A stretch of DNA of 64,000 nt from Eledone cirrhosa (Eukaryota): assembly GCA_964016885.1 (NCBI GenBank), contig OZ024764.1:8184001-8248000 (forward strand). The letters are read 5' to 3'. This document shows, one piece after another, positions 24,655 to 64,000 of the stretch. Below the pieces are notes generated by a model that was given only the letters and a program-made list of their open reading frames with translations, had not been told where the DNA came from and did no database searches. Positions within the stretch are counted from its first letter, which is position 1, and each line of letters opens with the position of its first letter. Both the position numbers and the translations under genes were made by a program.

Positions 24655-25400
24655 ACGTTTAACGTCCATCTTCCACGCTAGCATGGGTTAGACAGGAATT
24701 GTCCCACTTGAGGCAAGATTGATTGGGTGACTGTGTCTCGCTCGTATAGGACTGTATCTGGCAGGTTTTCTACGGTTGGATGCCCTTCCTAACACCAACC
24801 ACATTTACAGTGTGGTCTGGGAGCTTTTTACCGTGACACCTACATGACCACTTTACAGTGTGGACTGGATGTTTTGTGGTACCAACATAACTTTACAGAG
24901 AGAGGGTGGTGTTGGTGGGAGGAGAGAGTAGGGGTAGTGGGTTTGGATGTATATTTGGTTAAGAGGTGCCTACTGACTGTAGGTTAAATTTGCATGTAGT
25001 GAAGGCAGGTCTTTTGTATTACTACGTAGCACCAAAGATCTCAGTCCAGTGACATTGTCTTAGAGAGGTGTAAGTGTGCAAGGTCAGATTTTATCATGTC
25101 GTCCCAGGTTTTTCTGGGTCTACCTACTCCGTAACTTCCATCTATTTTGATCGCCCTGCACTTTTTTATACAGCTGTCGTCTTTCATGCGCATCACGTGA
25201 CCATACCAACGTAATCTTCTCTCAAGTAAACAGCATCTGATCCCTCTTATTCCTAATTTCTCACTTAGTTCGTGTATTACACATCCAACGAAGCATGTTT
25301 TGTTCCTTTGCAGTCTGCGCACATCCTCTGCACACAATGCCCATGTCCCACGGCCATGTAACATTGCTGTTCATATACAGGCATCATACAATCTGCCTTT
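24655..25400 (-). mobile_element. RTE LINE 3' end with tail (opposite orientation)
   Basis: MLHGRGTWALCAEDVRRLQRN..EKLGIRGIRCCLLERRLRWYGHVMRM..GRPRKTWDDMIKSDL. Confidence 0.85.
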
Positions 25401-25502
25401 CATAAGAGTAAGGTAATGATAAAAAGTTAATGTTTATATTTTCACTCTCTGTTTTTCTAGAGTGTCTGCCGGACCAGACCAAACTAAAGCAAATAAATAG
25501 TC

Positions 25503-61912
<36,410 letters not shown>

Positions 61913-62342
61913 AACACACACACAGCCGGGGGCCACGTACCCTACATTATATACCTACCACCAACACTGGGTGTTGTTAACATTCCAGTAATTTCTTGGC
62001 ATCATTCGCAATGATTTACCTAGTTTCCCCTATTATAAGACAGGGTTAAAAAAAAATTGAAATTTTAAATGTGGGCAATAGTATTTGTCCCCTATCATTT
62101 AAGATACACGAGTATTTGTCCCCTATCACTTAAGATACAATCTCATTAGCTAAAATTACATATATGTGGGCTGTACACCAGGGGCTTCTGTCATTAAAAT
62201 AGAACCTTGTTAGGGTTCAGCTAAACTTATATAGGTGTGGGCTGTAGTATAAGGTCCCTATCATTAAAACACTTGATACAGTCTCATTAGGGGTCCAGCT
62301 AAACTTAGAGAGGTGGGGTTAGTGGTATTTGGCCCCTATCAT

Positions 62343-62556
62343 TAACCCTTTAGTGTTCAAACCGGCCGTAACTGGCCAGAATTCTCACGCCTCTTTCTGT
62401 GCAAACCAGCTGCAACCAGTCATTCATACTGTTGTTAAGTATTGTTCTCAAAATAAATAATACCAAAATCTCATAGATTCGATATTATGTGAGGTAAAGC
62501 CTTTACCATGAAAATACAATAGTATATATAGAGTAATGTAAATACTAAGGAGTTAA
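62343..62556 (+). mobile_element. TTAA-flanked MITE (piggyBac-type ends) in the putative MCM4 3'UTR
   Basis: TTAA-ccctttagt...actaaggag-TTAA. Left parts recur at 56246-56470, right parts at 42230-42306 and 46600-46674 (ending taaagggTTAA). Confidence 0.65.
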
Positions 62557-62942
62557 AACACTTGATACAATTTCGTTAGGGGGCCAGCTAAAATTAGATA
62601 GGTGAGGGCAGTGGTATTTGGCTGCTGTCATTAAAATACTTTGATACAATCTTGTTACGGGTCCAACTAAAATTAGATATGTGTTGGATGTACAAGCTAA
62701 GGCTTTTATTAAAACCCACAAGGTAGAACATTGGAGGTCAGCTAAACTTGGGTAATAAAAGTGTATTATTATTATTATTATTTTTTTGTCAACAGTGTTT
62801 CTAACGGGGTATTAAAACCAGTCGCTAGATCCTTGTAAATCTCCCTTGTATTAAATAACATATTAATGTGAGTTGTAAAATGTCATTTTTTCATTCATAA
62901 TTATTTGCCAATGTTATAGTTGGCTTATAAATGAAGTCTTGT

Positions 62943-62948
62943 AATAAA
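62943..62948 (+). terminator. Candidate MCM4 polyadenylation signal
   Basis: AATAAA followed by GT/T-rich sequence. Alternatives at 62451 and 62754. Confidence 0.45.
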
Positions 62949-63408
62949 AATAAATTTTATACAGTGTTGAATTGTTTCTATATAAAATGGGTGTGTATGT
63001 ATATATCCGCGAAGGGTGGAGGAACTCAGCAGAGTCAACGACCATCCAAATAGTACTTTTTTATTTTTTTTCACCCGGGAGTGAAAGGCCCCTCAGTTGT
63101 TGTCACAACACCTTTCTAGGAGAGGAAAACTCTGAACAAAAAACCTGCGGCTTCGTAAACATCCGATGATGTTGACCAGTTCTCCTTTTCAGGTAGTGTT
63201 TTCAATGCTCAGAGAGTGGGATTGGTCGAGTTCAAGGCCTTTCCCCCACTTAAAAAAACATTCGAAACACAAACTTGCTTGTTCAGGATATGTTACAGGT
63301 TTGTGTGGCTGGTCGTAGCCTAAAAGTGCACCAAATTCTATAATCTGACAAACGATTGCAATACTCTTAGAGTTTGCAGCCATCAAATATAATATATATA
63401 TATATAAT

Positions 63409-63749
63409 ATCATCATCATCATCATTTTTACGTCCCTTTTTTCCCTGCTTGCAAGGGTGGGACGGGAACTGATTCTGGCTTGATTTCTACAGCTGGATGC
63501 CCTTCCTAACACCAACCTCATTTACAGTGAGTGCTGGGTGCTTTTTTGCTGTGGCACCTCCACGACCACTTTGCAGTGGAATGATAGGGACCCCAGTCCC
63601 TATCATCTCATTTCTACAGCTGAGTAAACTGGAGCAATGTGAAATAATGCGTCTTGCTCAAGGAAACAACACATCACCCGGTCTGAGAATTGAACTCACA
63701 ACCTTTCGATTGCAAGGCCAATGTTCTAACCACTAAGCCATGTGCCTCC
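63409..63749 (-). mobile_element. tRNA-derived SINE, full length
   Basis: Reverse complement of 33646-33984. Confidence 0.88.
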
Positions 63750-63864
63750 ATATAATATCATCATCATCATCATCATCATTTTACGTCCGCTTTTCTCTGC
63801 TTGCAAGGGTGGGACGTGTATATATATTATATATCATTATATAAAATATATTTTTGGTGGCTCT

Positions 63865-64000
63865 CTCAGACCTGCCCTCTGTAGTACATACAACATTCCT
63901 CACTAGCTTTGCTGATGACAAAGGTAGCACAAACAATCAAAAACCTGACTGATGCTGCCCTTTCGCAACAAGATCTGGATGCCATATACAAATGGGCTGA
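63865..64000 (+). mobile_element. CR1/L2-like reverse transcriptase fragment
   Basis: SDLPSVVHTTFLTSFADD..KVAQTIKNLTDAALSQQDLDAIYKWA. Confidence 0.75.

Overview
Repeat-rich eukaryotic (metazoan) DNA, most likely an octopod cephalopod. This is inferred from the KPYHCDICGKSF-type C2H2 array, the tRNA-derived SINEs with (ATG)n tails and the heavy microsatellite load. Three genes lie on the + strand. (1) The 3' end of an upstream gene (exon ending at 647, putative last exon 3114-3171 ending ...SLFSIFDGIF*, which recalls HFM1/MER3). (2) A 10-finger C2H2 zinc-finger gene (14994-15899) with a decayed 11th finger. (3) A complete MCM4 gene, which I assembled by hand into 16 phase-compatible GT-AG coding exons (25503-61912, 2649 nt, 882 aa), with a putative E2F/E-box promoter near 21.6 kb. 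Introns and intergenic DNA hold RTE, CR1, Tx1-like and Penelope fragments, SINEs, an internally deleted Hsmar2-like mariner, TTAA MITEs, fold-back palindromes and many minisatellites. The most notable observations are four. First, an array of 17 copies of the MCM4 coding-exon-6 splice acceptor plus exon start lies directly upstream of the real exon, and every copy leads to a premature stop. Second, several distinct minimal hammerhead-ribozyme motifs sit in TA-embedded palindromic elements. Third, minisatellites have repeatedly arisen from LINE ORF2 coding segments. Fourth, there are long perfect intronic hairpins. All coordinates were read by eye; no database searches were run.
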